A DNA stretch of 64,000 nt. Origin: Eledone cirrhosa. Taxonomy: Eukaryota. The stretch's first letter is position 1. Every line of letters begins with the position of its first letter. The stretch spans positions 34,224,001 to 34,288,000 of the forward strand of contig OZ024755.1 of NCBI GenBank assembly GCA_964016885.1, in the 5' to 3' direction. The notes beneath the pieces were generated by a model. It searched no databases. It saw nothing but the letters and a program-made list of their open reading frames with translations, and was not told where the DNA came from. Shown in pieces: positions 1 to 11,884 of this stretch. The translations under genes were made by a program, and so were the position numbers.

Positions 1-689
1 CCAGGTCCTGTCTGCTGATTCCCGTATCCCTAGAGATAACGTCAGGGAATGACAGCTTCCTACTCCTAGTCAGGCTGGAGTCAGGGTTCCAGAGCAAGAG
101 AGTTTTAGTAGTATATGGAATAAAGGTCATGCTTATATGCAGGTCCTCCTAGACAGGTAGGTGTTTGACTGAGATAACTGCAAATCAACCTATATAGAAA
201 AGTAAAAGGTGGGAAGGGTATTCGAGGGATGTTCACAGACTGAGACTTATGAGATGTAGGAAGAAAGACACAACATGGATGGGAAAAAGAGGAGGGTGTG
301 TTGAGTGAGATTAGATGGAGAAAATATTGACCTATCTAACTTTGTGGAGCAGATAATTTAAATAGAGGTAGAAGATGCTCATTGAGGGAACAGTACATCT
401 GAAGAATATTGGTGAGTTCCAGGCAATCAGCCAAATGGAAGCAATATTCTATTATTGGTCTCTCTGGAAATTAGTAAAAAGTCAGCAATTTATTTGTGAT
501 GAATTATTTCATAGATCTGATGAGGTGGGGACAATTTTTTTTAGGATGCAGTAGTTTCTAAGGGGAGGTTTGAAATTTATAGCAGCTTTGAGGGTTTTAA
601 TTGCAAGATGTCCAAGACTAGTGAGTGTGAGATAGGTAACACATTTTTTTCTTTGATTCTCCAAATTTAAGGAGCACACAACATTATTA

Positions 690-807
<118 letters not shown>

Positions 808-1028
808 GAAAAGAGTCAGGACCTCAACGGCTGAGTTTCGGCCATTTTGACAGCTAGGTCCAAACTAAGCCAGCATACTGCTGGCTTAATTCAGATCCAG
901 CTGTCGAAAGGGCTGGAGCTCAGCCGTCGGGGTCCTGACTGATTTCCTATTACCCACTCTACTACCCTAAGTATTGAGTACTCTGGTGCGTTATGGTCCT
1001 CCTGGTATTTTACCACACCTTCTTTACA
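808..1028 (+). mobile_element. (TA)n-embedded fold-back element, family C (Penelope-like terminus, 3' half of a hammerhead)
   Basis: Inverted arm GAAAAGAGTCAGGACCTCAACGGCTGAG vs CTCAGCCGTCGGGGTCCTGACTGATTTCC, then tail TATTACCCACTCTACTACCCTAAGTATTGAGTACTCTGG... shared with 7 other copies or fragments; TA tracts on both sides. Confidence 0.7.
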
Positions 1029-1053
1029 TATATATATAGATATATGTGTGTGC

Positions 1054-1386
1054 ATTCATTTCATTTTACGTCCGCTTTTCCCTGCTTGCAAGGGTGGGAC
1101 AGGAACTGGTTCTGGCTTGATTTCTACAGCTGGATGCCCTTCCTAACACCAACCTCATTTACAGTGAGTGCTGGGTGCTTTTTTGCCATGGCACCTCCAC
1201 GACCACTTTGCAGTGGAATGATAGGGACCCCAGTCGCTATCATCTCATTTCTACAGCTGAGTAAACTGGAGCAATGTGAAATAAAGTGTCTTGCTCAAGG
1301 AAACAACACATCACCTGGTCTGAGAATTGAACTCACAAACTTTCGATTGCAAGGCCAATGGTCTAACCACTAAGCCATGTGCCTCC
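1054..1386 (-). mobile_element. tRNA-derived SINE, family A
   Basis: On minus strand: GGAGGCACATGGCTTAGTGG (A box), GAGTTCAATTC (B box), CCTTGAGCAAGACACTT central domain, GGACGTAAAATGA tail; 8 near-identical copies in window. Confidence 0.92.
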
Positions 1387-1424
1387 ATTACCTATCTCAC
1401 ACTCACTAGTCTTGGACATCTTGC

Positions 1425-1487
<63 letters not shown>

Positions 1488-1490
<3 letters not shown>

Positions 1491-1852
1491 TCATCATCAA
1501 CGTTTAACGTCCGTGTTCCACGCTTGCATGGGTTTGGATGGGGGTAGTCCCACTTGAGGCAAGAGTGATTGTCTTGCTCGCATAGGACTGTCTGGCAGGT
1601 TTTCTACAGTTGGATGCCCTTCCTAACACCAACCACATTTACAGTGTGGGTCTGGGAGGTTTTTACCGTGTTGCCTACACGGCCACATTACAGCGTGGAC
1701 TGTGTGTTTTTTTGTCGTGACACCTACACGATCTCATTTGTTTCGGCCTGGATGGTGTGGCACCAACACAACTTTACATAGAACGGGGTGGCGTGGATGG
1801 GGTAGGGGGAGGGGACGGGGACGGGACGGGGGGTATTTTGTTAGAGATGCCT
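1488..1852 (-). mobile_element. SINE-like element A2 (shares 3' region and (TGA)n tail with A; non-tRNA, G/C-skewed head)
   Basis: Homologous along its length to 56232-56589 and 60021-60370. Confidence 0.8.
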
Positions 1853-1890
1853 ACTGGCTGTAGTAGGTTTTACTATGTATATATATGTGT

Positions 1891-2231
1891 ATCATCATCA
1901 TCATAATCATCATTTTACGTCCACTTTTCCCTGCTTGCAGAGGTGGGACAGCAACTGATTCTGGGTTGATTTCTACAGCTGGATGCCCTTCCTAACACCA
2001 ACCTCATTTACAGTGAGTGCTGGGTGCTTTTTTGCCGTGGCACCTCCACGACCACTTTACAGTGGAATGATAGGGACCCTAGTCCCTATCATCTCATTTC
2101 TACAGCTGAGTAAACTGGAGCAATGTGGAATAAAGTGTCTTGCTCAAGGAAACAACACATCACCTGGTCTGAGAATTGAACTCACAACCTTTCGATTGCA
2201 AGCCCAATGCTCTAACCACTAAGCCATGTGC
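1891..2231 (-). mobile_element. tRNA-derived SINE, family A
   Basis: Same sequence as 1054-1386. Confidence 0.92.
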
Positions 2232-2240
2232 ATATATATA

Positions 2241-2282
<42 letters not shown>

Positions 2283-2561
2283 TGTAAGGAAAAGAAATCA
2301 ACAATACAACTGGAGTCTTTTAAGAATATCTATCTATTTACTTTACCGGTTTCACAGTTGTGTTCATGTTTCTGTTGTGGTTTGTCTCACATCACTTAAG
2401 TCGTGATGTTTGTTTGCTATTTGCATAAAAAGAATTACTGCAGCACAACTGCAGAAAAATAATACCTTATGCTTTACATGAAATAAATAGAAGTGAAGGT
2501 TGGAGGGGTATCGTGTTCATCACTATCAACTAGATATTGCACTTTATATATTTCCTTTTTC

Positions 2562-2785
2562 TTAACTCTTTAGCATTTAAACCGACCATATCCAGCCAGA
2601 ATTCTATCACCTTTTCCTGTTCAAACTGGCTGTAACTGGCCGCTCATACCGGTGTTTAGATATTGTTCTGAAAATAAATAATATAAAAATCTCACAGATT
2701 CTGTATTATGTGAGATAATTATGTGAAGTAAAGCCTTTACCACAAAAATACAATATATAGAGTAATGTAAATGCTGAAGGGTTAA
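2562..2785 (+). mobile_element. piggyBac-type MITE (family G)
   Basis: TTAA-CTCTTTAGCATTTA ... TAAATGCTGAAGGG-TTAA termini; about 10 copies in window. Confidence 0.85.
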
Positions 2786-2899
2786 TAATATTTCTATTGT
2801 CACCACTACTGCCTCTGGTGTTCGTGTTGCTTGCTGTTGTAGTTTTATTGTTCACTTTAACATTTTTGACATCAAAGTAACTGAAACCACATCTCGCTC

Positions 2900-3486
2900 T
2901 CTATGTGAGATAAAGCCTTTACCACTAAAATACAATAGTATATATAGAATAATTGTTTCTACTTCTGGCACAAGGCCAGCAATTATCCCAGTGTATTACT
3001 GGTTCTTTATTTTATCGACCCCGTAAGGATGAAAGGCAAAGTTAACCTCGGTGATGCAAATGCTAAAGGGTTAAACTGACCGTATCTGGCCTGAATTCAC
3101 TCACCTCTTTCTGTTCAAACCTGTTGTAACCAGCTGCTCATACCGATGTTAAGGTATTGTTTTCAAAATAGATAATATCAAAATCTCACAGATTTGGTAT
3201 TATGTGAGGTAAAGCCTTACCATGAAAATACAATGGTAAATATAGAGTAATGTAAATATTATGTGAGATATTATGTGAGGTAAAGCCTTTACCATGAAAA
3301 TACAATAGTAAATATAGAGTAATGTAAATGTTATGTGAGATATTATGTGAGGTAAAGCCTTTACCATGAAAATACAATGGTAAATATAGAGTAATGTAAA
3401 TGTTATATGAGATATTATTTGAGGTAAAGCCTTTACTGTGAAAATACAATGGTAAATATAGAGTAATGTAAATGCTAAAGGGTTAA
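2900..3486 (+). mobile_element. Two adjoining family G MITE pieces, with a SINE B 3' fragment (2949-3053, -) and internal 72-bp tandem duplication
   Basis: Right TIR AAATGCTAAAGGGTTAA at about 3058-3074 and 3470-3486; repeated GTAAAGCCTTTACC unit. Confidence 0.75.
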
Positions 3487-4008
3487 AATCACAATAAATC
3501 ACTAAGGAAGTAAATCTATTTCGCTATGATACCAGACATTTTCTTGTTGCTAAGAGTACTTTAACAAATACTAAGGAACTAACTTGAAGAAAATGTTCAT
3601 ATTCTTCATATTTTATTGACTTTGGTTTGCTATATCATATAATATTATTTATTCAGAAGTCGGCATCAATTATTTAATGACAAACACACGGCTCTTTCTT
3701 CAGAAAATCTAAGACCTTAATCTTTAATTATTATCATTATCATTATTATTATTAATATTATCATTATCATTATTACTTTTAATCTCATAACCACATGAAT
3801 TTTATAAACATGACATTCAGAAGATTTTTTTTTATTGATTAAGAATAATGAAGTAAAGAATAAAGTTTATATATCTGTTGAAATTCTGTTTTATAAATTT
3901 GGAAATTGTTTTACTTTTTCTTCTCTACCCAGCAACATATTGATTCACAAAATATTATCATTGATGATTTCCACACTTATTTACTGCCACAACCAGTAGA
4001 CAATTACT

Positions 4009-4631
4009 TCAAAAAGCATCCTGTCCACACTGTAAAGTGGTCATGTAGGTGTCACGGCAAAAAGCACCCAGTCTACACTGTAAAGTGGTAGTGTAGGTGC
4101 CACGATAAAAAGCATCCAGTCCACACTGTAAAGTGGTAGTGTAGGTGCCATGACAGAAAGCACCCATTCTACACTGTAAAGTGGTAGTGTAGGTGTCATG
4201 ACAGAAAGCACCCAGTCCACACAGTAAAGTGGTCGTGTTGGTGTCATGATAAAAAGCACCCAGTCCACACTGTAAAGTGGTTGTGAAGGTGCCACGACAA
4301 AAACGCCCAGTCCACACTGTAAAGTGATCATGTAGGTGGCACAACAAAAAGCTCCCAGCTCACACTGTAAGGTGGTTGTGTAGGTGTCACGTCAAAAAGC
4401 ACCTAGTTCTCACTGTAAAAAATTCATGGAGGTATCACGACAAAAAGCACCCAGTACACACTGTAAACGAGGTTGGCATTAGGAAGGGTATCCAGCTGTA
4501 GAAACCAAGCCAAAATCAGTTCTGTATGAGTAAGATATGGTCACTTGACCTGGCATTGATCACAAGAGGAAAACTCGTCTAACCCATGCTAGCGTGGAAA
4601 AATGGACGTTAAATAGTGATGATGATGATGA
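4009..4631 (+). mobile_element. A2-type SINE 3' part preceded by about 9 tandem 48-bp internal modules
   Basis: AAAAAGCACCCAGTCCACACTGTAAAGTGG unit repeated, then AGGAAGGGTATCCAGCTGTAGAAACC ... GGACGTTAAATAGTGATGATG. Confidence 0.82.
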
Positions 4632-4757
4632 TATAGTAATAAATTAAAGAAATCACACTACCACAAGATGATTTGCAAACCCATGCTATTATAACACAGT
4701 GCCACATATTCTCTTACTCAATGCTAACTGAAATGAATTCAGGAAAGAGAGTACTCT

Positions 4758-5073
4758 CAACTGGCACGTTGGTTACAAAGACGAGTGTTCCAGTTGATCC
4801 AATCAATGGAACAGCCTACATGTGAAATTAACATGCTGAGCATTCCACAGAGGCATATACCTTTAACGTAGTTCTCAGGGAGATTCAGCATAACACAGAT
4901 GTGATAAGGCTGGCCGTTCGAATTACAGGTACAACTCATATTTATCAGCTGAGTGGACTGGAGCAACGTCAAATAAAGTGTCTTGCTCAAGGACACCACA
5001 CACCACCGGTAAATGAACTCATGGCCTTACGATTGTAAGACGAATTCCCTAGCCACAAAGCCACATGTCTTCA
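4758..5073 (-). mobile_element. tRNA-derived SINE, family A3 (A-like head and central domain, different 3' tail)
   Basis: AAATAAAGTGTCTTGCTCAAGGACA shared with A; tail homologous to 17955-18238. Confidence 0.8.
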
Positions 5074-5289
5074 CCAGAATATAAAAAAATATTGAAATTT
5101 ACCAATAAATTAATAAGGGTTATTAATAAAATTAATAAGGGTTATTAATAAAATTAATACAACTAATATCAACCAATAGATGATAAAAAAATATTGATAT
5201 TTATCCAAAGCAGTGTCAGTTTCACCAATACTGCTAGTGTTATGTACAAATGTAAGATTTTGTTCTATTTAATCATTTCTGTTGAAATA

Positions 5290-6307
5290 TAACCCTTTCG
5301 CATTTAAACCAGCCATATCCAGCCAACATTCTCTCAACTCTTTCTGTTCAAACCACTGCTCATACTGATATTAAGTTATTGTTCTCAAAATAAATAATAT
5401 AAAAATCTCATAGATTCGATATTATGTGAGATAATTATGTGAGGTAAACCTTTAACATGAAAGTATATTAGTATATATAGAGTAATGTAAATGTTATGTG
5501 AGATATTATGTGAGACAATTATGTACGGTAAAGCCTTTACCGTGAAAATATAATAGTATATATAGAGTAATGTAAATGTTATGTAAGATATTATGTGAGG
5601 TAAAGCCTTTACTGTGAAAATACAATAGTATATATAGAGTAATGTAAATGTTATGTGAGGTAAAGCCTTTACTGTGAAAATACAATAGTATATATAGAGT
5701 AATGTAAATGTTATGTGAGATATTATGTGAGGTAAAGCCTTTACCGTGAAAATACAATAGTATATATAGAGTAATGTAAATGTTATGTGAGATATTATGT
5801 GAGGTAAAGCCTTTACCGTGAAAATACAATAGTATATATAGATTAATGTAAATGTTATGTGAGATATTATGTGAGGTAAAGCCTTTACTGTGAAAATACA
5901 ATAGTATATATAGAGTAATGTAAATGTTATGTGAGGTAAAGCCTTTACTGTGAAAATACAATAGTATATATAGAGTAATGTAAATGTTATGTGAGATATT
6001 ATGTGAGGTAAAGCCTTTACCGTGAAAATACAATAGTATATATAGAGTAATGTAAATGTTATGTGAGATATTATGTGAGGTAAAGCCTTTACCGTGAAAA
6101 TACAATAGTATATATAGAGTAACCATCAGTTCTGTATGAGTGAGACATAGTCACCCAACCAATCTTGCCTCAAGTGGGACAAACTCGTCCAACCCATGCT
6201 AGCATGGAAGATGGACGTTAAATGATGATGATTGATGATCATCATCATCCTCATCATTCAACGTCCATCTTCCACGCTAGCATGGGTTGTAAATGCTAAA
6301 GGATTAA
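5290..6307 (+). mobile_element. Family G MITE expanded by 72/60-bp tandem repeats, with SINE tails inserted at 6123-6289
   Basis: Left TAACCCTTTCGCATTTAAACC, right GTAAATGCTAAAGGATTAA; about 9 repeats. Confidence 0.8.
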
Positions 6308-6439
6308 TGTAAAAATTCAAGTGTCTTTTGTGGTTATGAAAACGGAAAAGGAGAGCCAAGGGCTCAAGGGTCATAGAAGTATGGTGATGGGGAAAGGGGA
6401 GAAGGATGGGTTTTAGGCCAAGGGCGTAGCGTATTGGGG

Positions 6440-6625
6440 CTGCGGCACATGGTCAAGACTGCAAAAGCATTCCTGCGGACAATGGCCGGCGACACCTGCT
6501 ACAACAGCCAACCTTCCTCACAAGGCTCCTTCCTCAGATGGGCTACTGACAACGTTCCGATGTTGTGGAGGAGCTCACCAGTACAGGGTTCAAATATGCC
6601 TGAGGTCTCAACAGAATTGCCATAT
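6440..6625 (-). pseudogene. Decayed CRE-clade retrotransposon C-terminal (RLE) fragment
   Basis: Minus-strand translation VETSGIFEPCTGELLHNIG...EPCEEGWLL*QVSPAIVRRNAFAVL aligns by eye with AVETSGVLGP...EPRELEWLFQRVSLA of the 15395 element. Confidence 0.7.
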
Positions 6626-6699
6626 GGATTTCACTGAGTGTTGTCCAGCAAACGTAAAAAATAAGATATTGTTCCAGGCACCATTCATAGTGATAACCA

Positions 6700-8038
6700 T
6701 TAGCTCTCCTTTTATATGTCTGTTAGCTCTCCTTTTATATGTCTGTTAGATCTCCTTTTATATGTCTGTTAGCTCTCCTTTTATATGTCTGTTAGCTCTC
6801 CTTTTATATGTCTGTTAGCTCTCCTTTTATATGTCTGTTAGATCTCCTTTTATATGTCTGTTAGCTCTCCTTTTATATGTCTGTTAGCTCTCCTTTTATA
6901 TGTCTGTTAGCTCTCCTTTTATATGTCTGTTAGATCTCCTTTTATATGTCTGTTAGCTCTCCTTTTATATGTCTGTTAGCTCTCCTTTTATATGTCTGTT
7001 AGCTCTCCTTGTATATGTCTGTTAGCTCTCCTTGTATATGTCTGTTAGCTCTCCTTGTATATGTCTGTTAGCTCTCCTTGTATATGTCTGTTAGCTCTCC
7101 TTGTATATGTCTGTTAGCTCTCCTTGTATATGTCTGTTAGATCTCCTTTTATATGTCTGTTAGCTCTCCTTGTATATGTCTGTTAGCTCTCCTTGTATAT
7201 GTCTGTTAGCTCTCCTTGTATATGTCTGTTAGCTCTCCTTGTATATGTCTGTTAGATCTCCTTGTATATGTCTGTTAGATCTCCTTTTATATGTCTGTTA
7301 GCTCTCCTTGTATATGTCTGTTAGCTCTCCTTGTATATGTCTGTTAGCTCTCCTTGTATATGTCTGTTAGCTCTCCTTGTATATGTCTGTTAGCTCTCCT
7401 TGTATATGTCTGTTAGCTCTCCTTGTATATGTCTGTTAGCTCTCCTTGTATATGTCTGTTAGATCTCCTTTTATATGTCTGTTAGCTCTCCTTGTATATG
7501 TCTGTTAGCTCTCCTTGTATATGTCTGTTAGCTCTCCTTGTATATGTCTGTTACCTCTCCTTGTATATGTCTGTTAGCTCTCCTTGTATATGTCTGTTAG
7601 CTCTCCTTGTATATGTCTGTTAGCTCTCCTTGTATATGTCTGTTAGCTCTCCTTGTATATGTCTGTTAGCTCTCCTTGTATATGTCTGTTAGCTCTCCTT
7701 GTATATGTCTGTTAGCTCTCCTTGTATATGTCTGTTAGCTCTCCTTTTATATGTCTGTTAGCTCTCCTTGTATATGTCTGTTAGCTCTCCTTGTATATGT
7801 CTGTTAGCTCTCCTTGTATATGTCTGTTAGCTCTCCTTGTATATGTCTGTTAGATCTCCTTTTATATGTCTGTTAGCTCTCCTTTTATATGTCTGTTAGC
7901 TCTCCTTGTATATGTCTGTTAGCTCTCCTTTTATATGTCTGTTAGCTCTCCTTGTATATGTCTGTTAGCTCTCCTTGTATATGTCTGTTAGCTCTCCTTG
8001 TATATGTCTGTTAGCTCTCCTTTTATATGTCTGTTAGC
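6700..8038. repeat. 23-bp minisatellite TTAG(C/A)TCTCCTT(G/T)TATATGTCTG, about 58 copies
   Basis: Direct tandem periodicity. Confidence 0.97.
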
Positions 8039-8155
8039 AGCTTGAAAACAAGTTGTTGTATTCCCGCTCTTTTGTCTAAAAGAGTTGAGAATTTAAGAGG
8101 AAAATATTACATCTTCAAAGTAAGCACTCGACTATAAGTATTATTAGGAGCATGA

Positions 8156-8348
8156 GGGCGGTGGATTGGCAGTATAGGTAGAGAGTGGGACGCCATGCTT
8201 TGACGCATAGAGTTACGTCCCTTTACGGAGTGAGTTCAAATCCTGCCGAGGTTAACTTTGCCTTTCATCCTTAAGGGGTCGATAAAATAAAGTACCAGTA
8301 ATACACTGGGATAATTGCTGGCCTTGTGCCAAAAGTAGAAACAATTAT
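8156..8348 (+). mobile_element. tRNA-derived SINE, family B
   Basis: GGGCGGTGGATTGGCAG head, GAGTTCAAATCC B box, GCCTTTCATCCTT..GGGGTCGATAAAATAAAGTACCAG body, GTAGAAACAATTAT tail; more than 15 copies or fragments. Confidence 0.92.
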
Positions 8349-8582
8349 CTGGAGCGAGAAGAATAATTTCTTGTTAAGAAAAAAATCGTCAGTTTTGCTA
8401 TGAAAAAATCATTAGACTAAACTCTTTTTAGGAAAGCCGATTGACTTCCAGTTAACATTTATTGAAAATGATGTAAATAAAAGTATTGTTATAGGATTTA
8501 GGCTCGTACATAAGATTATACTGTCCGGTGTGTAGACGAGGATACAGTGTATAAAGACAAATATATATATATATAAATAAAA

Positions 8583-8925
8583 TTATCGAGAATCGAAACT
8601 TCGGCCCACGAAATAACGAAAAACAATCTCCGAAATGTGCGGCAAAGTGCTCAATGGTTCGGATGAACCAGAGCTATAACTAACGTTTAATACCAAACAC
8701 ACTGAGACGATGCTTAAACAATCATTCGCACAGCCAAAAAATACGATCAAGTAATTCGGGTCAAACAAATAAAAATATACATGATTGAAAAATTTACCCG
8801 AACCCCCTGGAAAGGTGGTAAAATCCAGCATTTGGGTTTCTGCGACTCCGAAATCAGGTACCGTCCGCCTACATAAAAAAATGTCCGGCTTCTGGTAAGA
8901 TGATGAACAAGGAATTCGCTTTAAA
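8583..8925 (-). mobile_element. Unclassified (TA)n-flanked repeat, family D
   Basis: Reverse complement aligns with 12830-13117 (CAGAAACCCAA, GTATT.AACG.TAGTTATAGCTCTG, TTTCGAT.CTCGAT.ATT). Confidence 0.65.
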
Positions 8926-8944
8926 TATATATATATATATATAT

Positions 8945-9650
8945 CAACTTTTCAACCATCCTCTTACGTAATCACCTATATAACTCACCCACACACACAC
9001 CCCCAAAAAAATTTTTTCTTCACACGCCACCTACAACAGGCTTAAACCCCACACACACGTGCTTCCCACCACATATCTACACCCTCAGCCTCCTGATTCC
9101 TCTCCCCCCACCCCTCTATCCACACACGCACAGACACTCCGACCCCCCCCCCCCCCCACCTCCTCCTGAACATGCAACCCCGTTCTTCCCCCAACCCTTA
9201 CTTTCACATACACACACACACACGCACACCTACACACACACACCACCTTCAGCCCTCCCCGCTCGGACACCCCGTCTCCCTCTCCCCACTCCACCCGCCA
9301 CCACCCCTACACACCCCACACCCTTCCACCACCTGTTTAACCCCCCTTTTAATTTCAGTTTATTTTGATCATGCCTTTATTTTTAAATTTATCTCATTCC
9401 TTGTATTTTGATCATGCTTTATTTTTATTTTTATTTTTTATTTTTTCATTCGTACCGTTTCCTTTCGCTATATGTCTCTCCACCACTCCCCTACACACCC
9501 TTTGAACTCTGTTCACAAAAACTTCCCACCTGAGGAAGGGCTTATGCCCGAAACGTCGTCCCCCACCAACACCCCACTCTCAAGAGCGTGAAATTAATAA
9601 ACATTTGTTGTACTGCCTCTCTGTTTTGTCCCTGTTCAAATTTTTCCATT
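8945..9650 (+). mobile_element. Penelope-like element 3' end with hammerhead-core motif and poly(A) signal
   Basis: CTGAGGA-AGGGC-TTAT-GCCC-GAAACGTCG at 9530-9558, AATAAA 9596-9601, ends in (TA)n; 5' boundary uncertain. Confidence 0.65.
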
Positions 9651-9666
9651 ATATATATATATATAT

Positions 9667-9853
9667 AACAAAGGAAATGTGGTAAGGAACCAGGTGGACC
9701 ATAACGCACCAAAGTACTCAATACTTAGGGTAGTAGAGTGGGTAATAGGAACGAGTAGGACCCCGACGGCTAATTTTTTTTTTTTTTTCTTTTAGTCCAG
9801 AATTAGCCGTCGAAACGGCTTGAGCTCAGCCGTCGGGGTCCTACTCGTTCCTA
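9667..9853 (-). mobile_element. Family C fold-back element
   Basis: Tail in reverse complement on the left; GAAACGGCT-TGAGCTC-AGCCGTC-GGGGTC at 9812-9840; TA flanks. Confidence 0.75.
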
Positions 9854-10042
9854 TATATATATATATATACATATAAGCATACGTACGTTCGCAGAAATGT
9901 ATATATACACATACTCGCGTGCATATACATATATACACATACATAAATATTCAATATAGGCATGCACATACACGTATATGTGCACACAACTACTTACATA
10001 TCAATATATACACACATGCGTATGCATATATATATATATATA

Positions 10043-10198
10043 TAACAAAGGAATTGTGGTAAGGAACCAAATGGACCATAACGCACCAGAGTACTCAATA
10101 CTTAGGGTAGTAAAGTGGGAACAGGCTAAAAATTCTAATTTAGTTCAGAAATAGCCGTCGAAACGGCTTGAGCTCTGCCGTCGGGGTCATACTTTTTC

Positions 10199-10199
<1 letters not shown>
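10043..10199 (-). mobile_element. Family C fold-back element
   Basis: Same tail and arm modules. Confidence 0.75.
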
Positions 10200-10233
<34 letters not shown>

Positions 10234-10504
10234 AATATATATGTGTGTGTGTGTGTGTGTATATATATGAGTGTATATATGTATGTGTGTGTGTATATAT
10301 ATATGAATGTATATGTGTAGATGTGTGTATATATATACGTACGTATGTATGCATGTATGTATTGTGTGTATGTGTGTATATATACACACACACACAATAC
10401 ATACATACGTGCGTTCATATATACACACATCTACACATATACACTCATATATATATATACACACACACATACATATACATACATTATTACTGTGTGTGTG
10501 GATT

Positions 10505-10695
10505 GGGCGGTGGATTGGCAGTATCGGTAGAGGGTCGGACACCATGCTTTCCAGCATAGTTACGTCCCTTTACGATCTGAGTTCAAATCCCGCCGAGGTT
10601 GACTTTGCCCTTCATCCTTACGGGGTCGATAAAATAAAGTACCAGTAATGCACTGGGTAATTGCTGGCCTTGTGCCTAAAGTAGAAACAATTATT
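10505..10695 (+). mobile_element. SINE family B with 18-bp TSD
   Basis: ATTATTACTGTGTGTGTG at 10483-10500 and 10690-10707. Confidence 0.93.
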
Positions 10696-11289
10696 ACTGT
10701 GTGTGTGTGTGTTTTCGTAACCCCTGATAGAATCGTAGGGGCGCCGAATTGACAAACGACGTTTCTTGGGCATTTTAAGCCTGGTAGGGCCCATCCATCT
10801 CCAGGCCTGAGTACAGCAGATTTCTTCCAGAGTAACGAAGAATCGATCTCGGTACTAGACTGGTACGTTTTTTTTTTTACCAACCTCGAAAGGATGAAAG
10901 CAAAGTTGACCTCGGCGGGATTAGAGTGTCGTTGTGAAATTCTTAATGCTGTGATCTTGTCACAGCCATTTCATTAGTGGTGAGAATGCCAGATAGGATA
11001 GCTCTTTGGGGATTTTTGATCCCTTTACCTGCCAGTGAGACAAAACTAGGCTAGAATCTATATACCTTTTGTGCATGGACTTGGCAGAGTTTAATGAGAA
11101 AGGACAGCAATGTGTTCAGCTGTGGCGGATCGACATTTAGCCAAGCTTTGTAACTGACACTCTTGTGGACACGACAAGAAGAAAAGTAGGGGTATATATT
11201 ATATATAATCGATCGACTTTCGTCAAATCGGACCGAGGAAACAATGTTTCCGTTGGTCTTTCCAGTTGCTAGTACTATCTATCGGTCGC

Positions 11290-11425
11290 AACTCCAGGTA
11301 GAAGGAGCAACGTGAAATAAAGTATCTTGCTCAAGGACATAACGCATCGCCTGGTCCATCAATCGAACTCACAACCTCAAGATTGTGAATCCAATTCTCT
11401 AACCACTCAGCCACACGCCTTCACA
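11290..11425 (-). mobile_element. SINE A/A3 head fragment
   Basis: GTGAAATAAAGTATCTTGCTCAAGGACA...AACCACTCAGCCACACGCCTTCAC. Confidence 0.7.
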
Positions 11426-11715
11426 GGGGTATATATGAAAGCATATTCACCCGTTATGTATATTATACATACAAGAATGTCGTTGTGAACATTTTAATGC
11501 TGTGACCATGTCACGTCCATCTTATTAGTGGTGAGGATACCAGATACTCGCCAGTGAAATAAAACTAGGTTAGAGTCTATATACATTCTGTGTATATAAC
11601 ATCGGCAGAAGATCCTCATTTTCATATGGTGCGAAGTTGACTGGTGAAAGTGAAACTAACATAGCGTGGTTCCTCATAGAATTGCATATGAAATCATGTA
11701 CAATGTGTCTATGTA

Positions 11716-11884
11716 TAATTGTTTCTACTTTAGGCACAAGGCCAGCAATTACCCAGTGCATTACTGGTTCTTTATTTTATCGATCCCGTAAGGATGAAAG
11801 GCAAAGTCAACCTCGGCGGGATTTGAACTCAGATCGTAAAGGGACGTAACTATGCTGGAAAGCATGGCGTCCGACCCTCTACTG
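11716..11884 (-). mobile_element. SINE family B, 9-bp TSD ATGTATAAT
   Basis: TSD at 11711-11719 and 11885-11893. Confidence 0.9.

Noticed and set aside
993-1373. Recurrent MPFLTPT...LQLSKLEQCEIKCLAQG ORFs
   Set aside because: Antisense reading of SINE family A
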